A stretch of DNA of 64,000 nucleotides from Candidatus Peribacteraceae bacterium (GCA_028703445.1 JAQVMW010000008.1:6223-70222), one strand, 5' to 3'. Positions 34,578 through 43,950 are shown, counted from the first letter of the stretch. Notes: a model not told the origin generated them from the letters alone. A program made the numbers and translations.

Positions 34578-35231
34578 TTACAACTTCCGCAACTGCTTCA
34601 ACACCCCTTCAAACACCCTCGGCAGCGGCGCCTCAATCGTAAGCGTTTTTCCGGTCACCGGATGCGGGAATGAGAGTTTGGCGGCATGCAGAAAGAACCG
34701 CCGCAGGTGAAACTCGCGCGTGAAGACCCGATTGATGCCCTTATTTCCGTACTCTTCATCCAGGAGCAGAGGATGACCGATAGAGGCGAAGTGGCGACGA
34801 ATCTGGTGGTGCCGTCCCGTCTCGATATCCGCCTCAACCAGGCAGGAATTGGCGAAGACGCCGAGCACGCGGTAGGTGGTCAGAGCGGGAATCACCCCCT
34901 TTCCGCGGGCGGGCAACGGAGTACGGATGACGCCTTCCTGACGCGGCATGCGCCCGGAGACGAGTGTCAGGTACGTCTTCTTCCATCCATTGAACTTTGA
35001 AGTGACCACCGCCTCGGCGACCTGCTTCGTCCGCGCGAAGACGACAACACCGGATGTCTCGAAATCGAGGCGATGCAGAGGTTTAAGCCCCGGATACTCC
35101 TTGCGCAGAAAATCGAGGAGAGAGAGCTTTTCTGAAGTGCCAGCTCCAGCCACAACGAGCTCACCGCTCAGCTTATTCACGGCGAGCAGGGAATCGTCTT
35201 TAAAAAGTAAACGGAAAGAGGACAGTGACAT
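34578..35231 (-). CDS. RluA-family pseudouridine synthase
   Basis: It has the catalytic motif HRLDFETSGVVVFAR. The 217 aa length fits. Confidence 0.85.
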   Translation of the reverse strand: MSLSSFRLLFKDDSLLAVNKLSGELVVAGAGTSEKLSLLDFLRKEYPGLKPLHRLDFETSGVVVFARTKQVAEAVVTSKFNGWKKTYLTLVSGRMPRQEGVIRTPLPARGKGVIPALTTYRVLGVFANSCLVEADIETGRHHQIRRHFASIGHPLLLDEEYGNKGINRVFTREFHLRRFFLHAAKLSFPHPVTGKTLTIEAPLPRVFEGVLKQLRKL

Positions 35232-35254
35232 GCAGAGATCTTACATCGAGAAGA

Positions 35255-35452
35255 TCAACCTTGCCTCTGAACACGCGGAATATCCGGATCATCCGGATCA
35301 TACGGCAAACCGAACTGCAGATAGTTATCGAGACTTTCCCGTTGTATTGCAGCAACCGCCTCTGCGGGAGTCATGCCATCGGTGGCATCGCAGGATGACT
35401 GAACGCCATCGTGCTCCTCAGGAAGAACATCCATCTCGTCTTCGAACGACAT
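35255..35452 (-). CDS. Small acidic hypothetical protein
   Basis: This 65 aa ORF fills an otherwise empty same-strand gap. No motifs are recognisable. Confidence 0.3.
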   Translation of the reverse strand: MSFEDEMDVLPEEHDGVQSSCDATDGMTPAEAVAAIQRESLDNYLQFGLPYDPDDPDIPRVQRQG

Positions 35453-35522
35453 AGGGAAGAAGGGGAAGAAGATGCCGCATTATAAGAAGACCTGCACTGC
35501 AGTCAAATAGTTCACCGACAGT

Positions 35523-37052
35523 TCACAACGATCGCAGACAGTGCTCTGGCCGGCGCACCTCCGGCAGCATCTTCATGAAGATTCCGTACTCATTACTGGC
35601 GTTCCAGATGGTGAATCCGCAAGAGCCGGAATCGAATACGGCATCAATTTCGTCACGAAGATTCTTCTGGGTGATGCCGTACCCCTGAATCCACGGACGA
35701 AGCTTGTAGGCCTGATCCCCGAGAAGTTCTCGGTACCCCGTGAGCGTGCGGTACACCAGGTAGTACATGCGACTGCGCGGATGCTTTTGGGGATTGTAGT
35801 AGGCGCCCTGCGCGAACGTGGCCGGGTACGCCATGGGCGAGATGACGTCCACGAGCGGCGCGAAGCGTGCGATATCCTGGCCAAGCGGTTCGAAGTTCAC
35901 GGGAAAGTTCCAGCCGAGGATCGCGTAGGTTGAAATCCCGAGCTTGGTCTTGGACCCGTGCTCGTCAATCACGCGGCGCGCCATCGTGAGGAACGCCTCA
36001 ATGCGATCTGCTTTTTCGCTGCCCTTGAGTCCGATGGAAGCCTGCGCGTACTCCGTGGGGTAGCGGATGTAATCCAGGTTGATCTCGTCGATGCCTGCCG
36101 AAACGAGATCGGCAAGGATCTGTTCGTTGTAGCGGATCACCGTCGGATCACCGGGATCAACCCAGACATTGCCGGCACTGCGACCCGTCTTGGGATTTTT
36201 GATTTGCGTCTCGGGCAGCTCCTGCGCGAGGTTGGGATCTTTGAGCGAAACGAAGCGGGCGATCGTCGTGACGCCGCGCTCGCGCGCCTGACGGATCACC
36301 TCGGGCAGGTCATACGACGGTTGTACGAGATCGAGCTCATTGGCCATGGGCGCGGCTGCGGCGAAGTGCACGGTCCCCGCCTTCACGTTGAAGATGAGCG
36401 CGGACCCGGTCAGCGCACTGAGACGATCAAGAGTTTCGAGGAAGTACTTTTCATTCTTCACGCTCCCTTGCGTAAAGAAGACGCCGATCTCCTGCGGAGG
36501 AAGAGACAGGCCAGAAGGAGGAACGGGAACCGCCGGCACTTCTGGCAGGATCGTTTCTCCGCTCGCGGAAGGCAGTTCCTCTGCCGCCGGAGGTACAACG
36601 GGCTCCGTGGGCTCCTCGGCAGGAGGCACGGGCACCGGTTCAGCAGGAATAATTTCGAGGAGAGGCGCAGACTGCTCCTTCGGCATGCTTGATTCTGAAG
36701 AGGAAGAGACAGGAACTTCAACGGGCTGTTGCTCAGGCGGCGCGGCGTGCTGCGCCCGCTCCTCCTCCCTCTCTTCCACCTTCTGCTCCATGCGACGCGG
36801 ATTCAAGGTTTCACGATCGAAACCTTCGGGAGCCTGCCGCGCAAAAACCGGAACACTCTTCCCATGTTGAAAATAAGAAAACGAAGCTCCGAATCCGAAC
36901 ATCAGCAATCCTGTGAGTGCCAAGAGAGTGAACGAACCCCTGCCGCCTCTCTTCGGTGCGGGAACAGCCGACAATACATGCTTCAGCGCTGCATGCGTGG
37001 AGCCCTGAAGCTCCGTCAGACTGCAATCCGGCTGAAGAAAATTGTCGGGCAT
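35523..37052 (-). CDS. Membrane-anchored putative glycoside hydrolase (DUF4015-like TIM barrel) with a Pro/Glu-rich linker
   Basis: It has one TM helix (FTLLALTGLLMFGFGASF) and a C-terminal domain with GIDEINLDYIRYP. The DUF4015 pattern is recalled from memory. Confidence 0.55.
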   Translation of the reverse strand: MPDNFLQPDCSLTELQGSTHAALKHVLSAVPAPKRGGRGSFTLLALTGLLMFGFGASFSYFQHGKSVPVFARQAPEGFDRETLNPRRMEQKVEEREEERAQHAAPPEQQPVEVPVSSSSESSMPKEQSAPLLEIIPAEPVPVPPAEEPTEPVVPPAAEELPSASGETILPEVPAVPVPPSGLSLPPQEIGVFFTQGSVKNEKYFLETLDRLSALTGSALIFNVKAGTVHFAAAAPMANELDLVQPSYDLPEVIRQARERGVTTIARFVSLKDPNLAQELPETQIKNPKTGRSAGNVWVDPGDPTVIRYNEQILADLVSAGIDEINLDYIRYPTEYAQASIGLKGSEKADRIEAFLTMARRVIDEHGSKTKLGISTYAILGWNFPVNFEPLGQDIARFAPLVDVISPMAYPATFAQGAYYNPQKHPRSRMYYLVYRTLTGYRELLGDQAYKLRPWIQGYGITQKNLRDEIDAVFDSGSCGFTIWNASNEYGIFMKMLPEVRRPEHCLRSL

Positions 37053-37138
37053 GGGTGTGCGTATGTGGTGTTATGCATATTATACTATTTTTTCACAAAA
37101 AATCAATGTTCTCTCACGCGCAAGCATGACTATCACTT

Positions 37139-37183
37139 CCCTAACCCTAACCCTAATCCCTAACCCTAATCCCTAACCCTAAA
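37139..37183 (-). repeat. Telomere-like tract; on the transcribed (minus) strand it reads (TTAGGG/ATTAGGG)x7
   Basis: The plus strand reads ccctaaccctaaccctaatccctaaccctaatccctaaccctaaat. The TAG stop of the upstream gene is part of the first TTAGGG unit. Confidence 0.8.
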
Positions 37184-39422
37184 TAATCGGCTCTTCGAAC
37201 TTCTCCTCAATAGACGAAATCTCATCCTCCTCTGGAGGCGCTGCAGCCGCTTCATCCCACTTCTTGAGCATCTCCTCCACGTTCTTCTTCGGCTGGCAGT
37301 ACTTCTTGCGCGAGAGGGCGATGATCTCTTGCGTGTGGTCATCCTTGGGCTTCGGTACATCGACCGTGCGACCTGAAAAGGCCTCGCGAATCTCGCCCTT
37401 CACCGACATCTTCACGTAGAACTCGCGCACACCCAGGTTGATGATGTCACGTTCCTTGAAGATCGGCTCGTACTCCTTCTCGAGCACAACAGCATCCTCC
37501 GCGCCCACGCGGAAACTGATCATGGAACCCACGTTGCCGAAGACCGTCTGCCGGATCCGCGAAGAGAGCTGCCCCATGTACTGGTGGGCAATGGTGAGAT
37601 TGAGATGGTACTTGCGGGCCTCGGAGAGAATCTCGTAGAACGTATCGGTCGCGAAGTTCTGGAACTCATCGACGTAGAAGTAGAAGTCCGACCGCTTCTC
37701 CTCCTCTACGCTCGCCCGACTCATCGCCGCCTGATACATCTTCGTGATGATCATGGAACCGAGGAGTGACGAGTTTTCCTCTCCGAGGAGACCTTTGGAA
37801 ACCTTCATGAGCAGAATTTTCTTGTTATCCATGACATCACGGATGTCGAACCGTGTCGTGGGCTGGCCGATGATGTTGCGGATCATGTTCGTGGCCACGA
37901 ACTGGCCGACTTTGTTGAGGAGCGGCGTGATGGCCTCGGCATCGAACTTTTCGCTCCACGCGGCGAATTCCGAAACCCAGAAGCTCTTCACGACGTTATC
38001 CTGAATGCGCGCCACGATCTTCTGACGGTAGTTCTTGTCATTGAGCATCTTTAAGATAGAGAGCACCGTGGTATTTGGGCTGTCGAGGAGCGCCAACGTG
38101 GTGTAGCGGAGAACGTGCTCAAGACGATACGACCAGTTGTCCCCGAAGAGCTTTTTAAAGATATCAAGGAACCCGATGGTAAGCTGCATCTTGTAGGCCT
38201 CATCCACCTTCGCGAGCGGGTTGAAAGCGATGGGGAACTCCGTGTCCCCCGGATCGAAGAGGATTACGTCGTTGATACGGCTCTTCGGCACGTGCCGGAG
38301 CACGCAGTCGACCAGATCCCCGTGCGGATCGAGCACCGCCACTCCCCTGCCACACTCCAAATCCTCTTTAATGAGGAGCTCCAGGAGCTTTGACTTTCCC
38401 ACACCGGACTTCCCCACCACGTACAGGTGGCGCCGGCGATCCTCCAGGCGCACGCCGAACTTCACGAAATTGTTGTGGTAGTTCGTGATGCCGAACGTGC
38501 TCACCTCCTTCTCGCCGGCACGCGGCAGATCCTGCGGAGGATCTGATTTGCGCGCGAGCACGTGGACGATGTGGTGCACGTAGTCCGCATTCGGCAGATG
38601 GTAGAGCGTGGCGACCTCCGTCGCGCTCAGAATGTATGTGCTCGCATGCCATCGCTCACGGTACCGACGGAGGAATGACGCCACATTCATGTCTTTGGAG
38701 GAGACAAACCCGTTGATATCCGAATCATTGAAATGGTAGAAGCTGTTCTTCACTGCTTCGAGCTTGCGGCTGGCTTCCTCATCACTCTTGCTCAAGTACG
38801 CGCAGCGGATGGATACCCTGAAAGGCTTCGTCTGCTCCTTCTGCCTGGCCGCCTCATAGCGGACGGACTGAATACCTTTGCGACCCTCCTTGCGCAACCG
38901 GTCGCGCACGGAGAAGTACTTCTTCAGGTTCGCGAACTTGAACCGCCAGCTCCGGCGGAAGTGGTAGAGAGCATCGTCGGCATGCGGCTCCACGATGATC
39001 TGCACCCAGACCTGCTCGCCGCTGTCGATCTTCGAGAGCACCGAGAAAAGGCGCGACATCGAGTCCTCTTCGAACTTGTCATACATCTTCACGGGATACA
39101 CGTCCCGCTCTTTGAGCGTGAGCTCGCACCCGGCAAGGTGGTGCTTCTCGGGATGCATCAGTTCCGTGTAATCCTTGGTTTCGCGGATCTCGGCGTCGGG
39201 GAAACTGGCGTAGATCAAACCTTCGATCGTCTCCTTGTACTTCTCATCCATGACCACATAGAAGTACGTGTACTGCTCGTAACCGAAGTACTCGAACGAA
39301 AACCGCTCCTCCGTGACGGTATTGCGAAGGCTCACGAGCAGATCCTGGAATTTGGACTCCAGTTTCCTGTTCTCCTTCTTCCCCTGGGGGACCACGATGT
39401 GGAGGTAACGGAGATTAGCCAT
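37179..39422 (-). CDS. TraD/VirD4-like (T4SS coupling-protein-type) P-loop ATPase
   Basis: It has the Walker A motif VVGKSGVGKSKL and the Walker B-like motif FYFYVDEFQNFAT. The N-terminal domain is typical of CPR 'T4SS DNA-binding domain' proteins. Confidence 0.65.
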   Translation of the reverse strand: MANLRYLHIVVPQGKKENRKLESKFQDLLVSLRNTVTEERFSFEYFGYEQYTYFYVVMDEKYKETIEGLIYASFPDAEIRETKDYTELMHPEKHHLAGCELTLKERDVYPVKMYDKFEEDSMSRLFSVLSKIDSGEQVWVQIIVEPHADDALYHFRRSWRFKFANLKKYFSVRDRLRKEGRKGIQSVRYEAARQKEQTKPFRVSIRCAYLSKSDEEASRKLEAVKNSFYHFNDSDINGFVSSKDMNVASFLRRYRERWHASTYILSATEVATLYHLPNADYVHHIVHVLARKSDPPQDLPRAGEKEVSTFGITNYHNNFVKFGVRLEDRRRHLYVVGKSGVGKSKLLELLIKEDLECGRGVAVLDPHGDLVDCVLRHVPKSRINDVILFDPGDTEFPIAFNPLAKVDEAYKMQLTIGFLDIFKKLFGDNWSYRLEHVLRYTTLALLDSPNTTVLSILKMLNDKNYRQKIVARIQDNVVKSFWVSEFAAWSEKFDAEAITPLLNKVGQFVATNMIRNIIGQPTTRFDIRDVMDNKKILLMKVSKGLLGEENSSLLGSMIITKMYQAAMSRASVEEEKRSDFYFYVDEFQNFATDTFYEILSEARKYHLNLTIAHQYMGQLSSRIRQTVFGNVGSMISFRVGAEDAVVLEKEYEPIFKERDIINLGVREFYVKMSVKGEIREAFSGRTVDVPKPKDDHTQEIIALSRKKYCQPKKNVEEMLKKWDEAAAAPPEEDEISSIEEKFEEPII

Positions 39423-39495
39423 TTAAGCCATATTCTTCAGTATTTTTGCTCTTTTGTAAATAGTTTTCGCAGCCTGCTGGAATTGCCCCACCCCC

Positions 39496-39547
39496 CTTCC
39501 CCCCTCCCCGCTCATCCCACGATGTTTCCTCCACGGGGAGGGGGAAG
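39496..39547. repeat. C-rich/G-rich hairpin (14-bp stem, 23-nt loop)
   Basis: cttcccccctccccg ... cggggagggggaag. Confidence 0.6.
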
Positions 39548-39585
39548 ATTGATCCGAGATACAAATAATCCTATCGCTACGCGCT

Positions 39586-40221
39586 ATGCATGAAGAAACG
39601 CACCGCCAGCAAAAACGGAGAAAGCTGCTCTACGCGATGAAGCTCCGCAGTAGAATGACGAAGGCAGAATCTTTGCTCTGGAACGCGCTACGCGGAAAGA
39701 AGTGTGACAGCATGAAGTTCCGTCGCCAGGTACCAATCAGTTGGTTTGTTGTTGATTTTCTGTGCGTCGAAAAACAGCTGATCATCGAACTCGATGGTCC
39801 GATTCATGAAAGGCAAAAATCGTATGATCATGAGCGGGAGAACGAGCTTCGAAGCCGGGGATACCGAATGATACGCTTCAAGAACGATCAAGTGCTTCAT
39901 GCATTGCCAACAGTGCTCAATGAAATACGCGATGCGGCTCTCCTCTCTCCCTACGGATGTCGGGATGGGGGGAGAGGGGCTGGGGGTGAGGAAAATTTCA
40001 ATAGACTTCCTTCAAATAGCACTCCTCACAATAGACGATCTCGGGTCGGTCGGGAGCGTACGTTGTCTGTATTTCTTTCTGGCATTTCATGCACGCTCTT
40101 TTCCAGAGCTTGCGGGGATTGCGGAGTGCAAGACGACGGTCGTAGCGTTCATCGGGGTGGAGACGCGGCACAGGAATCTTCTGTCGACGGTAGAAATCGA
40201 GCTCCTGCTTCAGAATCCTGA
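39586..40221 (+). CDS. DUF559 endonuclease-domain protein; the ORF runs on through a repeat and into the antisense of P2
   Basis: It carries ESLLWNALRGKK...FRRQVPISWFVVDFLCVEKQLIIELDGPIHE...RGYRMIRFKNDQVL. The recognisable domain ends near 39930. The rest is probably read-through. Confidence 0.6.
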   Translation: MHEETHRQQKRRKLLYAMKLRSRMTKAESLLWNALRGKKCDSMKFRRQVPISWFVVDFLCVEKQLIIELDGPIHERQKSYDHERENELRSRGYRMIRFKNDQVLHALPTVLNEIRDAALLSPYGCRDGGRGAGGEENFNRLPSNSTPHNRRSRVGRERTLSVFLSGISCTLFSRACGDCGVQDDGRSVHRGGDAAQESSVDGRNRAPASES

Positions 40222-41695
40222 AGGGACGGCCTGTTCTCTCGCAGAGAATCGCCCAATCCACGACGTCATCGTGAACATCCTCAATCCGATCAGGGAGCGT
40301 ATCTGCGGAAATGGTTTTGGAAACAGTCAGCTTCTTTTCCTCGATATCTCTCCAGTAGAAGCCCCGAGCTTGCGCTCCTTCCTTCGTGAGCGGCAAATAT
40401 TCGTACGCGAGTGATTCGTTGTACCCGAACGGTGAGAGAGACGGAGGAAAGTACAGGCCCCATTCCCCCGTCCCTTTCATGTGCTCGACGATGCGGGGCA
40501 CGAGCGATTCGTATTCCTCCTTCGTATACTGCACGTTGAAAACGCAGTACTGTTTGCGTTTCAGCCCCACGCACCCGAAGCAGTCCTTGCAGAAGTAACA
40601 GTACTCGCAGTAGAGAAGATCCCGGCAATGGAAGATGAAAAGACAGTACACGCAGTGATAGACCTCCAGCGTGCCGAGCGTGTCGTAGCAGAGCTCCGGT
40701 TTGATATACATGTTGGAACAGTCGTAGCAATCCTTCACTTGTACGCCGACGATGACGTTGCGGCAGTCCTGACTCTCATTCATGTCATAGCAGTCGATGC
40801 AATCTTTGGAATTCTCAATGAAATCACCCGTGCAGCGCTCGCTCGAAACGATATTTGCAGAGCGGTGAATCATCTTCGCAAAGAGCTGCATCCAGCGTTT
40901 CCGCATTGCCTCCGTGGCTGAAGCCGACCCCCGAAACTCCGCGATGCGGCGCTCGTACTCCTCTTTTGAAAGCGGTTCGTTGAGGAAGTAGTACTGCTTC
41001 TGCCGGAGATTGCTGCAGAGGCAACAGTTGCTGCAGCCGCTTAAATTCCAAGAAAAGGAACAGTCTCTGCAGTTCTGCGCAAAGGCGACGAAATCGAGTC
41101 CGTAGGACTTGAAGACGGAGAGGCACTCGTAGCAGAGCTCGCTATTGTAAAGGTACGAGCAATCCACGCTGTCCCGGGAACTCTGGAACAGTTTGCCGTA
41201 GTAGCATCGTTCGCAGTACTCGGATGAGTTGATGAGGTAGCAATCTTTGCAGTATCCCGTGCCGGCCGTATAGTCACAGTTCTCGTTGCCCATGAGCATG
41301 GATCCCAGGCGCGGGACCGCTTTGTGGAGCGCCGCAAACTGCGGGAAGAACGGTTGTGAGAAATCGTACGGACGACCGTGCTCGATGAAATCACGTCGGT
41401 CATCATTCCACTCGTCATGCGTGTACACGGCGTCTTTGGATCCCCAAAGGGGCTTCTCGTCATAGATGGAAATCATCTCTTTGCCGGTGAGCGTTGCCGT
41501 CCTGCGGTAGAAGTGCCATTCGTTCCTGTGGCATGTGCGAATTTTCAGCCGGCAGTCGGGGCAGTAGACGGGAAGCGGCAGATGGATCTTCGTCGCACCG
41601 AACGTGAATGTCATCTTGCGAAGAAACTCCTCCTCATCGGGATGGACATCGAAGGACTGCTTGCACCAAGGATTGCGGCAGGGAAGCTGCACCAT
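39998..41695 (-). CDS. Cys-rich family paralog P2
   Basis: It is 565 aa. The N-terminus is MVQLPCRNPWCKQSFDV. The C-terminus is ACMKCQKEIQTTYAPDRPEIVYCEECYLKEVY. Confidence 0.9.
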   Translation of the reverse strand: MVQLPCRNPWCKQSFDVHPDEEEFLRKMTFTFGATKIHLPLPVYCPDCRLKIRTCHRNEWHFYRRTATLTGKEMISIYDEKPLWGSKDAVYTHDEWNDDRRDFIEHGRPYDFSQPFFPQFAALHKAVPRLGSMLMGNENCDYTAGTGYCKDCYLINSSEYCERCYYGKLFQSSRDSVDCSYLYNSELCYECLSVFKSYGLDFVAFAQNCRDCSFSWNLSGCSNCCLCSNLRQKQYYFLNEPLSKEEYERRIAEFRGSASATEAMRKRWMQLFAKMIHRSANIVSSERCTGDFIENSKDCIDCYDMNESQDCRNVIVGVQVKDCYDCSNMYIKPELCYDTLGTLEVYHCVYCLFIFHCRDLLYCEYCYFCKDCFGCVGLKRKQYCVFNVQYTKEEYESLVPRIVEHMKGTGEWGLYFPPSLSPFGYNESLAYEYLPLTKEGAQARGFYWRDIEEKKLTVSKTISADTLPDRIEDVHDDVVDWAILCERTGRPFRILKQELDFYRRQKIPVPRLHPDERYDRRLALRNPRKLWKRACMKCQKEIQTTYAPDRPEIVYCEECYLKEVY

Positions 41696-41701
41696 TTTAT
41701 C

Positions 41702-41729
41702 GTAGCGGAAGATCGCGATCTTCCGCTAC
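41702..41729. repeat. 28-bp perfect palindrome gtagcggaagaTCGCGAtcttccgctac between P3 and P2
   Basis: It is identical to the copy at 49612-49639. Confidence 0.85.
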
Positions 41730-41739
41730 AGGACATGAC

Positions 41740-43389
41740 TCAATAGACCTCTTTCAAATAACACTCCTCGCAATAGATGATCTCGGGTCGGTCGGGAGCG
41801 TACGTTGTTTGCATTTCTTTACCGCACTTCATGCATTGCCGCTTCCAGAGACGGCGAGGATTGCGGCGCTGGATCCGCTCTAAGTGGCGCTCATCGAAAC
41901 ATAGGCGAGGCAGTGGCAGACAATGCTGACGATAGAGAGTAAGCTCCTGTGGAATGATCTTGTAGGGCTTACCCGTGCGCTCGCAGGTGAGGATCTTCTC
42001 CGTAATATCATCAGGCACATCTTTGATATCCAGGGGGAGTGAGAGGCGCGGTCCCTGGTAGGCGGATGTCTGGCTCTCCGAGTCCTCACGCCACTTCCAA
42101 CCACGCTTGGCCGCATCATTTTCCGTGAGCGGGAAGTACTCCTGCGCCACGGTCTCGTTGTAACCGAAGGGACTCAATTCCGGCGACAGCGGCTGGCCCC
42201 ACTCCCCCGTTTTCTTCATGTGCTCGACAATCTTCGCTTTCAGGCGCACGTACTCCTGTTCGGAGTACTGCTTGTTGAAGATGCAGAACCGCTGCTTTTT
42301 GAGTCCCGAACAGGCGAAGCAGTCCTCGCAGTATTGGCAGTGATCCAGGTACTGGGAATTCTTGGAATAGAAACTCACGAACGTGAACTGCGTGTTGTAC
42401 TGATTGATCGTAGAGATGGTTCCGTACGTCAGTTCACAGCGATCCACGACCACGTGCCCGTCATAGCAATCTTTCGACTTGAAGCTGAAGATCAGATAGC
42501 CGCAATCCTCCAGATCCGCGCTGTCGTAGCACTCCACACAATTCCTGCAGTGCACGATGTGGTCGCCCGTCACGTTCTCGTTGCCGTTGCCGTCGATGTA
42601 CTGGTGAATCTGCTGCTGCCCGGCCTTCCTGAGGAAGACGTCGCGGGCCGCCGAGAGCGTGCGAAAGTTGCCCGTGTTGAGCTCGCTGAGCTTCTTTGCA
42701 TACTCCTCCCTGGAATGCTGTTCGTTGAAGATGCAGTACTGCTTGTTCCGGAGACCGAAGCAGCCGAAACAGCTGTGACAACCCTTGCAGTCACTGAGGA
42801 AGAAACTGTCACGACAATTGTGCGACTTCTCGGAATGGGCGAGGTTGTAGGATTCCGAGCAATCCACACACTCGATGCAGAGCTCGCACTTAAAGCAGTT
42901 CAGGCACTCGATACAACTTAAGCAACTGTCGATGCCATAGGAGTACAGGCAGTCCTCATCGTGGTCGGAGACGAAGATCATATGGCAGTTCTTGTCCTGC
43001 TGCGCGCCGTTCGTGTAGTCGCTATTCACGTTGTTGGATGTGAAGACGGAAATCTTCGGCGTGGCCTTGATCAGGGCATCGAACTGCGGAAAAAACGGCT
43101 GACTGAAATCGAAGTCACGTCCGTGCTGCATCGCATCCCATTTGTCGGTGTACCACTCGTGCTGATCGTAAACGGTGTACGGACTGTCCGGCGCATAGAC
43201 GGAAATGATCTGCTTGCCCGTAAGGTCACACTTGCGATGGTAGAGTCGGCGCTCGTTGCGCCAGGCAAAGCGCCCTTGCCGTCGGCACGTGGGACAGAGT
43301 GTCGGGTCAGGCAGTGAAACCTTTGTGAGGAAAGCATGTTCCTGCGGCAGGACAGCGAAGGACGATCGGCAATGGGAGCAGGTGGGCAT
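41740..43389 (-). CDS. Cys-rich family paralog P3
   Basis: It is 549 aa. The N-terminus is MPTCSHCRSSFAVLPQEHAFL...CPTCRRQGRF. The C-terminus is QCMKCGKEMQTTYAPDRPEIIYCEECYLKEVY. Confidence 0.9.
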   Translation of the reverse strand: MPTCSHCRSSFAVLPQEHAFLTKVSLPDPTLCPTCRRQGRFAWRNERRLYHRKCDLTGKQIISVYAPDSPYTVYDQHEWYTDKWDAMQHGRDFDFSQPFFPQFDALIKATPKISVFTSNNVNSDYTNGAQQDKNCHMIFVSDHDEDCLYSYGIDSCLSCIECLNCFKCELCIECVDCSESYNLAHSEKSHNCRDSFFLSDCKGCHSCFGCFGLRNKQYCIFNEQHSREEYAKKLSELNTGNFRTLSAARDVFLRKAGQQQIHQYIDGNGNENVTGDHIVHCRNCVECYDSADLEDCGYLIFSFKSKDCYDGHVVVDRCELTYGTISTINQYNTQFTFVSFYSKNSQYLDHCQYCEDCFACSGLKKQRFCIFNKQYSEQEYVRLKAKIVEHMKKTGEWGQPLSPELSPFGYNETVAQEYFPLTENDAAKRGWKWREDSESQTSAYQGPRLSLPLDIKDVPDDITEKILTCERTGKPYKIIPQELTLYRQHCLPLPRLCFDERHLERIQRRNPRRLWKRQCMKCGKEMQTTYAPDRPEIIYCEECYLKEVY

Positions 43390-43419
43390 GCCAGTAGAAC
43401 AGAAAAGAATTAAAAAATG

Positions 43420-43881
43420 CTAAACTATTTTGATAAACGGTAAAAGTTTCTGGAGAGCGGCGCTCATACGATCACGCTCATCTGACGTGGGTTCCGGTCC
43501 CTTTGCATAGAAACCGTGGTAGAAACAGCTCGTATCACGGCAACAAGTAGCATCGAACTGTTTCATGCCATAGCAATAAATGTGGCTGCACGGGCCTGTA
43601 ATATTTCCGGCGAGCACTTCCTGAATTTTGCGTGCAGTTTGCTGAGCATAAGAGAGTACGCGTTCCCGGTCCCTTCCGCTGAGATCTCCTTCCAGTAACG
43701 TAGCTTGCCGTTCTGCACACATATAGAGAGAAACAAGAAAAAGGCGCCGTTGTTCGTTATTCGGATCTCGAACCTTGTAATTCCACCAGTTGATACCGCT
43801 CACGTCGTAGAGCGCGCCATTGACCATCTTGAGTGGCAGCGAAGTGATGGCCATTTGATCGAATTGTTCCATTGCGCTCAT
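43420..43881 (-). CDS. Hypothetical 153-aa protein embedded in the array
   Basis: This is a non-repetitive ORF 30 nt upstream of P3 on the same strand, with a Cys-containing C-terminal half. There is an AT-rich divergent promoter region upstream. Confidence 0.55.
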   Translation of the reverse strand: MSAMEQFDQMAITSLPLKMVNGALYDVSGINWWNYKVRDPNNEQRRLFLVSLYMCAERQATLLEGDLSGRDRERVLSYAQQTARKIQEVLAGNITGPCSHIYCYGMKQFDATCCRDTSCFYHGFYAKGPEPTSDERDRMSAALQKLLPFIKIV

Positions 43882-43950
43882 CCTATGTCTTATTGTAATA
43901 TAGTCAATACAGCACTAACTCATCATCTAAATATTTTCATTCATATTCTT

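Noticed and set aside
37139-37183. TTAGGG/CCCTAA repeats as evidence of eukaryotic contamination or a linear-replicon telomere.
   Set aside because: The tracts are only ~30-45 nt long and internal. They are imperfect (ATTAGGG, CTAGGG variants). They are tightly flanked on both sides by bacterial genes whose stop codons lie within them.
37179-40221. The T4CP-like ATPase + DUF559 + array as an integrated conjugative element or prophage.
   Set aside because: No integrase, relaxase, capsid/terminase genes, att-like direct repeats or tRNA-adjacent insertion is seen. The evidence is insufficient.
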